A stretch of 62,647 nt of DNA, the filler included. It is 12 parts of 12 records of this genome, joined end to end, with 100 filler letters (N's around TTAATTAATTAA, not from the genome) between each part and the next. Parts side by side here need not be neighbours in the genome. Positions count along the whole stretch, not along the records: positions 21,243 to 27,868 come from SRR15195285_11052; positions 27,969 to 34,352 come from SRR15195285_11059; positions 34,453 to 41,356 come from SRR15195285_11070; 9 more parts are not named here. The stretch is one strand, 5' to 3'. Positions 24,201 through 34,762 of the stretch are shown piece after piece (the first letter of the stretch is position 1; each line of letters starts with the position of its first letter). Below the pieces are notes generated by a model. The model did not search any database. It was not told where the DNA came from and saw only the letters and a program-made list of their open reading frames with translations. Made by a program: the position numbers and the translations under genes.

Positions 24201-26254
24201 GGACGCTTGCACTAATGGGCTTGACAGACCTCGACCTGTCTGGCAGCCGACTTGACGACAACGTGATGGGCCGCACGTTAGACTCGCTTAAACACGCTGA
24301 TATCGAGTTGAAATCTCTGGACATCTCCGCTTGCAATCTGGGCGATCACTCGCTTGCATCTCTGAAGCAGCTCTTCGCAAGGGACGAGGAGGAGCGCTTC
24401 AAGTGGAAAATCGCGTTGAGCTTGCGGACGATGAACGTGCTAGGCAATAGAATGACCACGGCATCGAGCTGGTCAGACCTTCGTGTGCTTTTCGACCGGA
24501 ACGCCTGCCTGTCGTCTCTCTGTGGCATTGCCCCAGGCATTGGTTATGTAGATCTCTCGCGTTCAGATGGCACCAGTGGCGACTTACCAATGCTGGAATA
24601 TGAGATGAACAGGTCACGATACGGTATGGCCTTGACCGAAGTGAATCTGTCTGGAAACATCACGCTCACTACCGTGCCACTCCTCGAGACTTTCGGGCAG
24701 CTGATCAAACGCTTCGGCTTGAAGAAAATTAATCTCTCCGACTGCAACATCGATACTGCCAAGGTGGTCGCGTTTGTAAATTCGCTCTCACCTGGTTTCA
24801 GTACGAAGATTCGGCAGCTGGAGGATGATCTGCAGGCAGCACAGGACTACCTGCAGCAATGTAGCGAAGATGTGAAGGATGCCGAGGCTTCCTACACTTC
24901 CGCGTTGGATTACGTCCAGACTATTCCTGGGTCCCAGGTAGAAGAGCTTCAGACAAGACTGGCCGTTGCCGCTGCTCAGCTCGACGACGTAAAGGCCAAG
25001 ATTGACCGGAAGAAGCGTGCTGAGGCTCAAGGAGAGATTGTTCTGGCGCCTGAAGAGGTTGCTGAACTGCACAAACAGCTGACAGAAGCGACGGCGCGAC
25101 AGACAGAGCTGCAGGATGAACTGGTAGTAGAGCGAGAGCTACTTGAAAGCGAGCAGGGACAGTTTTTCCGGACTCTGATGTCTCTTGCGGGAGAGTCGTT
25201 TTACAAGCTGCGCAATCGCCGACCTGGCTCATTGCGTGAAGGCTCGAGCAAATACAACGGCCTCAAAACAGCCGAGCGCAAGTATGAAGACTTCCGAACA
25301 CAGCGTGACCAGAGAAGCGCAGAAGGTTCCGAGACTATTGAGGAAGCTCAGGCTGCGCTAGCAGCGTGGGAGGACGAGATGCTGCGCGACGTGAAGGCAC
25401 ATGTGTCGATGCGCGTGCAGTCCACTGGTGCATTCCGTCCAGTGACACAAGAGGAGAAGTGGAAGTGGACAGAGGCAGCTCTGACTGATCTGGACCGAGC
25501 CTTGCGGACAGAGGCACCCGAGAAATACCATGACGCGACTCTCCCTGGTGTGACCGTTAACGACATAGCTGCAGTGATGAAAGCTGCTGAAGTGACCACA
25601 AACCCAATTTGGCCTCCGACGGAGTGGTACACTGCTGCGGCCCTGATTTTCGGCGAGTGGAAGCGCCCAGGATCGTACGAGCCCCTGCATCTTTTGGCCG
25701 ACGCAGTGATGCAGGCTCACAGCCAGACCACCAGCTACCTGGCGGCTCACTGTACATTTTGGGAGATGGCAGTGTTGCTTTTAAAGGGGGAGCCGACATC
25801 TGAGCTCGAGCTGAAGGAACATGGTGCACGGAAAACGGTTTCCAGGGCGACTCAGCGCCTACGGGCAGCAGAAATTGAGATCGAGACCCAGCGAGTGGAG
25901 CGATGGAAACTGCGTTGCATCCATCTGGACCATAACCCCATCGGTCGGGAGGGCGCCCGAGCTGTAGTCGAAATGTTCGAGAACCAGGAGTGTCTTCGCA
26001 CCGTGCTGGGGATTGAAGACGGCACAACCTATCTGGATCTGCGCGACACGGGGCTCGTCGATCGGGGCCATGTCATGATGATCTTGGCGGAGTTGAAGGC
26101 GCAGCGAGCGACGCGCGACGTCAAAACGATCGATTTGCGGAAGACAGGTAGTCTGATTGATATGTCCGCAACGATGAAGCTACTACCGAGTCTGCAGCTG
26201 GGACTTGACAAGCTCAGGGTTGAATCAGGCAAGCGGATCATGGTCCTGACCTAA
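21243..26254 (+). CDS. Very large polytopic membrane protein with cytoplasmic RNI-like LRRs and a coiled-coil insert; 5'-truncated (exons ~21243-21358, 21486-21524, 21650-26254)
   Basis: 1532-codon open frame; more than 10 hydrophobic helices in the N-terminal ~640 aa; LTDLDLSGSRL, LKSLDISACNLG, LTEVNLSGN, LKKINLSDCNI, IHLDHNPIG LRR motifs; E/Q/K-rich heptads. Confidence 0.85.
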
Positions 26255-26507
26255 ACGCACGACGGGTGCATGACTGTAGGGATGCGATCGCAGGTCAGGG
26301 CAATTGGGACGAGTGGGATTCTGCACTTTCCAGCATAATAACTGCTGTCAGGTTCATCGAGGAGTAGAAAGAGTCGCTGCTTCCAGCGCTCAAGCCTAAA
26401 TTCGAATCGTGCAGCGCGTGCACGATTCATAACAATAAAGGAGTGGTGATGAAACTTTGAATCCAAGTTTATGGGATGTTCCCATGGCCAATTTTATACA
26501 GCATCCG

Positions 26508-27661
26508 CTAGGAGGAATCTCCACCGAGCTCCACCCGCGCCTCCTGTATGATCGAACTCATATCCATTGGCGACACGCCTGGCCGCCCAGCATAAGATTC
26601 AGATAACGCAACTAGCTCACAACTGATTTGCATCCACTGGCGTACACAATCATCAACTCGTGCGCTCTTCAGTAGCGCACCTGTCATTTCGTGGACTGCG
26701 TTGCTGTGCCTGTCGAAGCCGCCGCGCCGCAGAAATGACCACAGCGCCTGGTATTCCGGCACCGGCGGCGCCTGTACGCCATCCACAGAGGTGCGATTGG
26801 TCCTTCGTGTGCAAGATAGTGGGCGCACAGGCTCGCACATAGGTAGCGCACAGCAAGCAAGGCAGCAAGCCTGGCAGATCGGGCGAAGCGAAGAATCAAA
26901 AAAAAAATCACACAGCTGCAACAGTCTTACGGGCACTTCGTGGTAGGCGATAGTTCGTCCGAGCTCTGCTGAAAGGAGTGTTGCCATCTCTGGCGCGGAA
27001 AGTGTGCTGGCCCCTGTGACATTGATGATCTTGCTACTAGCGTCGTTGTCGTCAGCGTCGCCAGCCTCCTCGTCGGGTTGGCGGAGCGCGACGGCGCAGA
27101 CAGCACCGATATCTCGGCAGTGCACCCAGTTCACCTTCGCGTCGACCCCCAACGGCGAGCGAAAGCAGCTTTCGGCACGGATCGTTTCCGCATCAAACGC
27201 CAATAGGTTCGAGTGGAAAGATGTGGGGCGAACGGACACGAAGGGAAGCCCCGTGTCTCGGGCGTGTGTTTCTATCGCGACGTGTGCATCCCCCAGTGGT
27301 CCCTGCCCCTCCGTGCTTCCGCCACTATCCCCATCGATCCCGAGCGATGAGAGACGTACCATCCGCGCCACACCCGCCGCCTTCGCCGCGTCCACACATG
27401 CCTTGCCGCAGCTCACCATCGCCCCCGGGCTAAGCGCTTGTGGCAGCGCAATGAAAACCCGAGTTGGCGAGGCGTGCGCAATAGCCTGCGTGATCGAGGC
27501 AGCGTCGCTGACATCGCAAGCAAGCGGTTCCACCACCGCCGGACAGCGGCGCGGGTGCCGATAAGTGGACCAGAAGCCTTCTGGGTCGCGCGTTCCCACG
27601 ATCAGCCGGGCGGGTTCACCGCTCTCCGCAGCGTCGTCGAGCAGCCGCTGGAGGCAGTGCC
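26508..27661 (-). CDS. NmrA-like atypical SDR (NAD(P)-binding), 5'-truncated; introns 26930-26772 and 26680-26579
   Basis: DAAKAAGVARMVRLSSLG, HVAIE...GLPFVSVRPTSFHSN, VNWVHCRDIGAV, LSAELGRTIAY are NmrA motifs. The GxxGxxG-containing first exon is absent (beyond the contig end). Confidence 0.82.
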
Positions 27662-27843
27662 TGCTCCGACCATGACAAGAACGGCACTCACTCGTAAACC
27701 ACAAAGAGATCGCAGCAGCACGACACGCGGACAGGCCTCTCGCTTTGCCAATGCAGCGCCTCTAGAGAGGCTGAAGCAGTTACCACAGCTGGACAGCCGC
27801 ACCAGTGCTGTGCAGGAGTATGCGAGGAACCACAATCTATGGC

Positions 27844-27868
27844 AGAGAGAGAGAGAGAGAGAGAGAGA
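27844..27868. repeat. (GA)n microsatellite at contig end
   Basis: About 12 GA units. Confidence 0.95.
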
Positions 27869-27968
27869 NNNNNNNNNNNNNNNNNNNNNNNNNNNNNNNN
27901 NNNNNNNNNNNNTTAATTAATTAANNNNNNNNNNNNNNNNNNNNNNNNNNNNNNNNNNNNNNNNNNNN
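27869..27968. other. Artificial contig linker
   Basis: N44-TTAATTAATTAA-N44. Confidence 0.99.
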
Positions 27969-30900
27969 CAGCAGCAGCAGCAGCAGCAGCAGCTGGCTGT
28001 GGAGGTCCCTCCGAGCGATGGGTACGACGCATTTGTGCTGCGCGCGCCACAGTTGTGTAAGACGTACAGCTGTGTATACTGAGGAGTTGCCTCGTGCTGA
28101 CAAGCTCGCTTGACCTCGTGTGGTGGCCAGGGGCGCGCTCGATAAGCTCACTTCGCTCAGCAGAACGAACATTCCGGCTGCCAAACAAGACGACCTCGAT
28201 ATCGAGGATCTCGATGGTTTGGAAGGGCTGGAGGAACTGGAGGAGCTGGCGGGTGAGCTGTCCGAGCTAGCAGAAGACGCGCAGCAGCACCGCCAGGTCG
28301 ATGGCGACGAAGACGCGCTTGTGCGAAAAGAGCGCGAGCTGATCGAAGCAATCAAGGAGAACGAAGCGAACGTCGCGAGGCTCGAAGAGCTGTCCGGACT
28401 CAGCGATACTGACACGCACGCGAAGCTCAAGCACCTGAAGGGCGAAGTAGAGAAGCAGACGACAGAGATGTTGGTCATCAGAGACACGCTGGTATTTGAT
28501 AAGGACAATAAAAAGCGAGCGAAGCAGAAAGCAAAGGAGGTACGCGGCTGCGAGCGTATTTAGGGCTATCACTTTGTCTCGTCATGGCAGCATTGGTTTT
28601 CCGAGAGCCATGTCTCGCTGATCAGGCGGCTGTGCCCCACACCGTGTTGTTGCAGGAGAAGCGACGTGCGAAAAGCAGCAGGGACGCGCCTACGGAGGCG
28701 GCTGCGGATGGGGCTGGGGATCACGCAGTCCAGGCGAGCCCGAACACACTGGCGAAGGTTGTTGAGCTCGAGGAACGCTCGAAGGAGGCTTTGGCCGACG
28801 GAGAAGAGGTCAAGTTTGTCTGGGCACTTGTTTTTGACATGCCGTTGGAGTCCCGCGCTGGCTCGGCGGATGCTGGACCGGGTAATACTAATGCTGCTGT
28901 GAGCGCGGATGGCGATGAGGATGAGATCAACGAGATGGAGCACGAGTTTGGATTGGACCTCGATGGAGACGGTGACGTTGGTGAGACCGGTCGACCATCC
29001 CCCAATCAGTCACTGAAAATTAGCCACGAAGCATGGATGGCCTGCGAGAAGATTGTTGCAAGTGACCTCGTGCTGCGTCACATTATTCCAATCGACCATC
29101 GGTACCTGATCTTGGCCATTGGCGCACCAATGTCTATCCTGATAGACGAGGCCGCGAGCATGAAGCTACTGATGCGCCTGCAGGAGACGAAAGGATCGCT
29201 GGAGTTCCACGAAGACTTGCTCCATTTCTTCGCGAGCAATCACGGAGGGCTGAATGAGTACAGAAGACACAAATGGCTGCGACGCAACGCGACAGACATC
29301 CATACTCACTTTATAATGGACAAAGATTTGCCGCATGATCGCTTGGAATTGCGCAAAAGGCGGAACTTGGAGGTGTTTACATCTGGGATCTGTCAACGCG
29401 TCGTGATGAATCGGTTGCAACGCGTGGGTCGATACAGCCCGGCCCACCAAATGGGTCTCACAAGTTCACGTGGCCGTCCAGATGCTCAAATACTGCAGCA
29501 AATGCAGCAACGGTGTGACCTGCAGCACCCAGAAAAGATTCGCGCGCCCCTGGTTCATGAGCTGTTGGTTCTACATGGAGGTTACAGGCCGAACGCGGCT
29601 GAAGCTTTCCCGAGCATTCGAGGAGCGCCGGTGGTCGCACAGGTCGCCTCCTATCTAGTGGCAGACAACACCTTTGTGTTGAAGCCAACAGGTGGGGACG
29701 ACCCCACGCCAGGTCTCAATGGAGGACCTCATCTCGATTCGCACAAAGCGACGCCCGTGCAACCAGAGATTAGTTACGACCTCCTCAGGGACCTGGTCGA
29801 GGCGCTAGGTAAGTGGCAGATGGGCCCAGGCAAAGACGAGACCTGGTACGGAACGCTGAACAACTACTTTCCGTTGCACTCAGCTGCCGAAATTAAGTAT
29901 CTGAAGATCTGCTGGGGCAACCCAAAGTGCCTATTCCGTTCATGCCTGATTGGGTACGATGCCGAAGCGGAGCCAAAAGTCTACGATCCCGGTCCCCCTA
30001 AGGACATCGAGCACAACACCTTCGGCGCTGGCGGAAACATTCTGCACGAACACTCATTTCCGGGGTCTCTGCTGTATCAACCACTCGAAGAAATCCGCGA
30101 CTATTTCGGTGACGATGTTGGGTTGTACTTCGCGTGGCTTGGATTGTATACTAAAATGCTGATTCCGAACACGGTTCTAGGTTTCATCACAATGGCGGCT
30201 CAGATTTACTTCGGGGGTGGAGTGAGCAATAATCCTCTCACTATGACATACTCGATCTACGTTGGTCTGTGGTCCATTAGCTTTCTAGAAGCGTGGCATA
30301 GGCGAGAGAACGAGCTGCGCTTCTTGTGGGGGACTGAATATTTGAGTACAATCGAGCTTCCACGGCCCGAGTTCGTTGGAATAACCAAGTCCAACCCCGA
30401 GACTGGTCGATCGTATCTTGCGGTTGCCAAACCAGTGCACGCGGCGCTGAAACAACTTGCTAGTGCTTTTGTGGTCATAATCTTTGTGGCTTTTACAATC
30501 CTCTCTGCACTCGCAGCGCAAATGGTAGGGTATGCGGAGCCTGATGGCGAGGGTTTGTTCGAGGAGCAGAAGTACAAGCTGGTATCGGCTGCTCTGAACC
30601 TCACCATTATTGGTGTATACGGCACAATATTCGAGGCATTGGCAGAAAGGCTGACCGTGTGGGAGAATCACCGCACGCAGACGCAGTTTGACAATCAGTT
30701 GATCGCCAAGAACTTTGTGTTCCAGTTCGTGAACAACTACTTTGTTCTGTTCTACATAGCCTTTTTGCGTGAGGTCAAGGATCCGATTACACGGAAGCCA
30801 CACCCTTGCCATCTTGGGAACTGTCTGCCAGAGCTGCAAACACAGCTCATTGTTGTCTTCACCGGCAAAACGATCGGCAAGCAGATAGCCTATACCATCA

Positions 30901-31925
30901 AGCCGTTTGTCTACAAGTGGCAAGCGAGCGTGACCGCCAATAGACATACGAAAAAGCTTGTACAAGGAGTGAGCAAGGGTGCCATCGTTATCCCATCACA
31001 GATGCAAACAGCTATGCAGGAGGTGGTCTCTACTGCGGGTGGGCGAAATGACCCGCTGCAGCAGCTGAATGCCCTGAAGAAGTTGAGAGACCCGTACGAG
31101 CTGCAGAATCGTTTGATGCCGTACGAAGGCACATTCGATGATTTCAACGACCGCGTGGTGCAGTTTGGCTACCTCGTACTATTTGCTCCTGGTTATTCGC
31201 TAGCACCGTTTTTTGCGCTTATCAACAATGTTATCGAAATCCGCACGTCTGGATTCAAGATGTGCTACGCATACCAGCGGCCGGTGTGGAAAGCAAGGTC
31301 GGGGATCGGCTCGTGGATGGTGGTGTTGAACGTGCTCGGTTTTCTCGCCGTCATGACCAACGCAGCGATGATCACGTTTGTTGGTAACCAGGACGCGAGG
31401 AGCATTGGGCTAGAGACCTCTGGTTTTCTAGATCGGGCGAGGCAGTGGCCCTTGTGGCTACGCTTCGTGGTGACCGAACATTGTGTGCTTGCCATGCGTG
31501 TAATCATCCTGACTGTCTCGCCTACGATGCCCAACTGGATCAATGATGCTCGTGAGGTGCTCGAATATCGAGTTAAGCAACGATATCTCACGATTGGCAT
31601 GGTCGAAGAGGCTGCAAGGCTGCAGGAGGCGTACGAAAACAGGATGAACAACGAGTTGGAACGAATCAAAGGAAAGCTTCAAGGCATGGACGAGGAAGAT
31701 ATACACCAGATGTGGATTGCGGCTGACTATGATCAGTCGGGGTTCATTGATGCAGCAGAGCTTCAGTTTATGTTTAAGCGTCTCGGTGTGGAAATGTCCT
31801 CTCTGCAAGTGAAGGCTACGATGGAAGAGATCGATGAGGATAAGAACGACGAAATATCCTACGAAGAAATGATTGAATGGCTCATGAAGAAAGATTTGTG
31901 GGATCCAGCGAGAGCCATGTCGTAA
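27969..31925 (+). CDS. Anoctamin/TMEM16-family channel or scramblase with C-terminal EF-hand pair; 5'-truncated (exons 27969-28021, 28131-28539, 28656-31925)
   Basis: QPLEEIRDYFGDDVGLYFAWLGLYT, FLEAWHRRE, WENHRTQTQFDNQLIAKNFVFQFVNNY..LFYIAF, QFGYLVLFA, ALINNVIEIR, GIGSW; EF-hands DYDQSGFIDAAE and DEDKNDEISYEE. Confidence 0.93.
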
Positions 31926-32165
31926 GTCAGACTGGATCCAAGCGCATTGTTTTCCGCATAGTGGACTCATACTGAACTCGGTGCTTGACTGGACGCAGGC
32001 CAGGAGCCGGTGCACGGAACGACGAGGTGTAGCGTGATTAATGCATGCGCCATGTCGGTGACATGTGCCACAAATTTCCTCAGGAAAGGCGTTCATTCGA
32101 TCTGACGCCACCCACCGCCCCGCGGCTTCCCTGCGGCGCTTCTAAGGCCCTCAAGCACCCACCCG

Positions 32166-33935
32166 CTACCATCTCGCAAATGAAGCCACCGACGTCCTCC
32201 TTGCCCGCGCAGAAACTCGTGCGCCTGGATGGTTGCTCCCGCTCCTGGGGCCTTGACCTGACACAAAATGGACAGTCAGAAGCGAGCGCAGCAGCATTTG
32301 AATGCAGAGGATACGTGTTCGGCGTGAGCGTAGACACACCCGCTTGGAAGTCAACTCTGGCGCGGCGTGGACATGCCAGGCGTCACAAATGACTCCCCCA
32401 GGGGTGCTTGGGCAGAGTCGAAACGTCATTGTGGCAGCAAGAGCCAGTGCTGAAGCATCTTCCTTCGTCCGTGGCCACAGCTGCAGCCGGGCCGGCTCGC
32501 TACCTCGCGGGTCGAAGACGCTATCATCGTAGCCCAAGGACACCCACGGTTCGCCTGACTTCGTCTGCTCGCCAGGCAGCGAGATGCAACGTGCTGTGCG
32601 TGAGCGGGGCCAACGCAAGGGAGGCTGAGATGGCTGGCTTACACGAGAGTTCTGCTTTAGGCGGAGCCGCAGCTGCTCCAACTTGCGCAGCCCAGGCGGC
32701 GGCCCCCCAGCGGCGCCCTTGGTGTTGCCCTCGTCCTCGCCGTCATCTTGTTCCCCGGAATCACCTTCGTCGTCGCTGTCCGCCGGCGGCACCATCGAAA
32801 CAACAAAGCTGCTGCTCTTCGCGGCTTCCATGTGGGTGCGAATGGGCTCTGTGGGCGGTCCCACCACGACGACGAAACACACGGTGCGGCGACCATCCTC
32901 GACTGTGGTCACGCCGGCGCGCTCCAGTTGCTTCGGAAGTTCCTCAGGTGAGCATTGGCAAAACTCAATTGCCTGTGCCGCCGGGCGCTCCGCTGACTCG
33001 AAGCACGGCGCGGGGAGGTCCACGAGCGCCCCGTCAGCTGCAATCTTCTCGCGTACCGTCTGCTGCAGGATCATCCAGCCCCGCAGATCCGCAACCCCAA
33101 CTGGACCCGACGCCGCCTTCACGCGCAGGACACGCACGTGAATGTCCAGCTCGGTATCAGTCTGTGTCAGCAACGCCCGCACCGCGCTGCAGAACAGACA
33201 GGGCACACATAACCTTCAGACACACACGGAAAGAAAGAGCGAAACAGACAGCCACACAGCCATACAGAGAGAAAGCCCGACACATCGCGTGAACCGGCCT
33301 GATAGACACACACAGCCGGCGACCGCAACCCGCACAGGCTGACAGGCTGACAGGCCGACAGAGAGGCAATCGCCACATAGGCACGCACCTGCCGCTCCCG
33401 CAGTGCAGACAGTCCCGCACCCGCGCCGCCACCGCCGCCCCCAGCTACCATACAGATCCACCAGGACGCGTGAGTCAGAGACGATGCAAAGCCCGAATAA
33501 TCACGCTCGCCATTGATAACGGAGAGTGCACACTGTCGACCGCGTGTTTCCCTTCCCCAGCACAGCTCCCCCCCTTCCCCCCGCGCAAGCAAACAAGCGC
33601 CGAAATCACGCGCAACAATGACTGCTGAGGGTCCAGCTGTCTGCAGCTCCTGCATCGAGCTCCTATCTACAGCTCCTATCTGCAGCTCCTATCTGCAGCT
33701 CCTCTGCAGCACCTGCACAGAGCTCCTGTCTATTGTGCCTATCTGCCGAGCTCCTAAACAGCAGATAAGGGAAGCAAGCGGGGAAGACCCGTCGGACCTC
33801 TGCCAGCCACAGACTCTTCACGCTGCCTTCCGACAGCCCAGGCCGAGGCTTGAGCATCGCGGAACTCAGCCGCGCCACGTCATCCACCACGCTCTCCTTC
33901 ACAGCAGTGGGGGTCCCAGCCCCGCCGCCGACCCC
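32166..33935 (-). CDS. Hypothetical multi-exon protein (main exon ~33186-32350; small upstream exons ~33444-33389 and ~33935-33799)
   Basis: Long GC3-rich ORF with an acidic tract (DSDDEGDSGEQDDGEDE); canonical splice signals around small exons; no family recognised; ends uncertain. Confidence 0.5.
33634..33755. repeat. Degenerate minisatellite with CTGCAGCTCCT-like units (intronic)
   Basis: About 9 copies of AGCTCCT-containing 11-13 bp units. Confidence 0.8.
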
Positions 33936-34017
33936 TGAGAGGCACGCCCAGCAGACAAGCGTCAAGATGCCTGCGAGCCGCCTGGCGCGCAAAACCAAAA
34001 GCAGACTGTTCGTGTAT

Positions 34018-34077
34018 TGCCATATGTCCACCTCGCTGCCATATGTGCACACATGGCAGCGAGGTGGACATATGGCA
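34018..34077. repeat. 60-bp near-perfect palindrome / inverted repeat
   Basis: TGCCATATGTCCACCTCGCTGCCAT-a-TGTGCACA-c-ATGGCAGCGAGGTGGACATATGGCA; one mismatched pair. Confidence 0.95.
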
Positions 34078-34352
34078 GCGATGTGCACACATGGCAGCGC
34101 ATATGCAGCGCCATTATGCGTGGCACATACCAGCGGCCGGAGTCACCGACAGCGCAGAGGAAGCGGAAGAGGCGCTCTCCGACATCACCTGCCTCACCAA
34201 CCCCCCCTAAACCCTAAACCCAACCAACCCCTCCCTGCTGCGCGAAGCTCACCCGGGGCCACGCCAGTCAGCTGTATGGGTGAGAAACAGGGCGACCACT
34301 TCTCCTGTCCACCGCCACCCTCCCCAACCCTTCACAGTCAATAGTATGGCAC

Positions 34353-34452
34353 NNNNNNNNNNNNNNNNNNNNNNNNNNNNNNNNNNNNNNNNNNNNTTAA
34401 TTAATTAANNNNNNNNNNNNNNNNNNNNNNNNNNNNNNNNNNNNNNNNNNNN
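34353..34452. other. Artificial contig linker
   Basis: N44-TTAATTAATTAA-N44. Confidence 0.99.
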
Positions 34453-34762
34453 GAACACGGCGCCAGACACTCTCAGAGAGTGTTGGCGCCGATCTTGAGA
34501 TCCGGACGCAACAACTGCGACCCTGAGCCATTACTACTATAGAGTCACGATCAGACTGCCCGCAAGAACCGTGTGAAAGGCCATAAATAGAGCGATACTC
34601 TCTGGGCCAAACCGACGCTTTTCAAGACCATCTATGCAAGAAACAATCATGGTAACAGTGCATTCGCAGCAGTACGACATTCATAGATGCAGATCTATTT
34701 GTGCAGATTGCACTGGGTGAAACCTAAATTTATGTCGATGATTGTGTACAAGGCACACGCTT

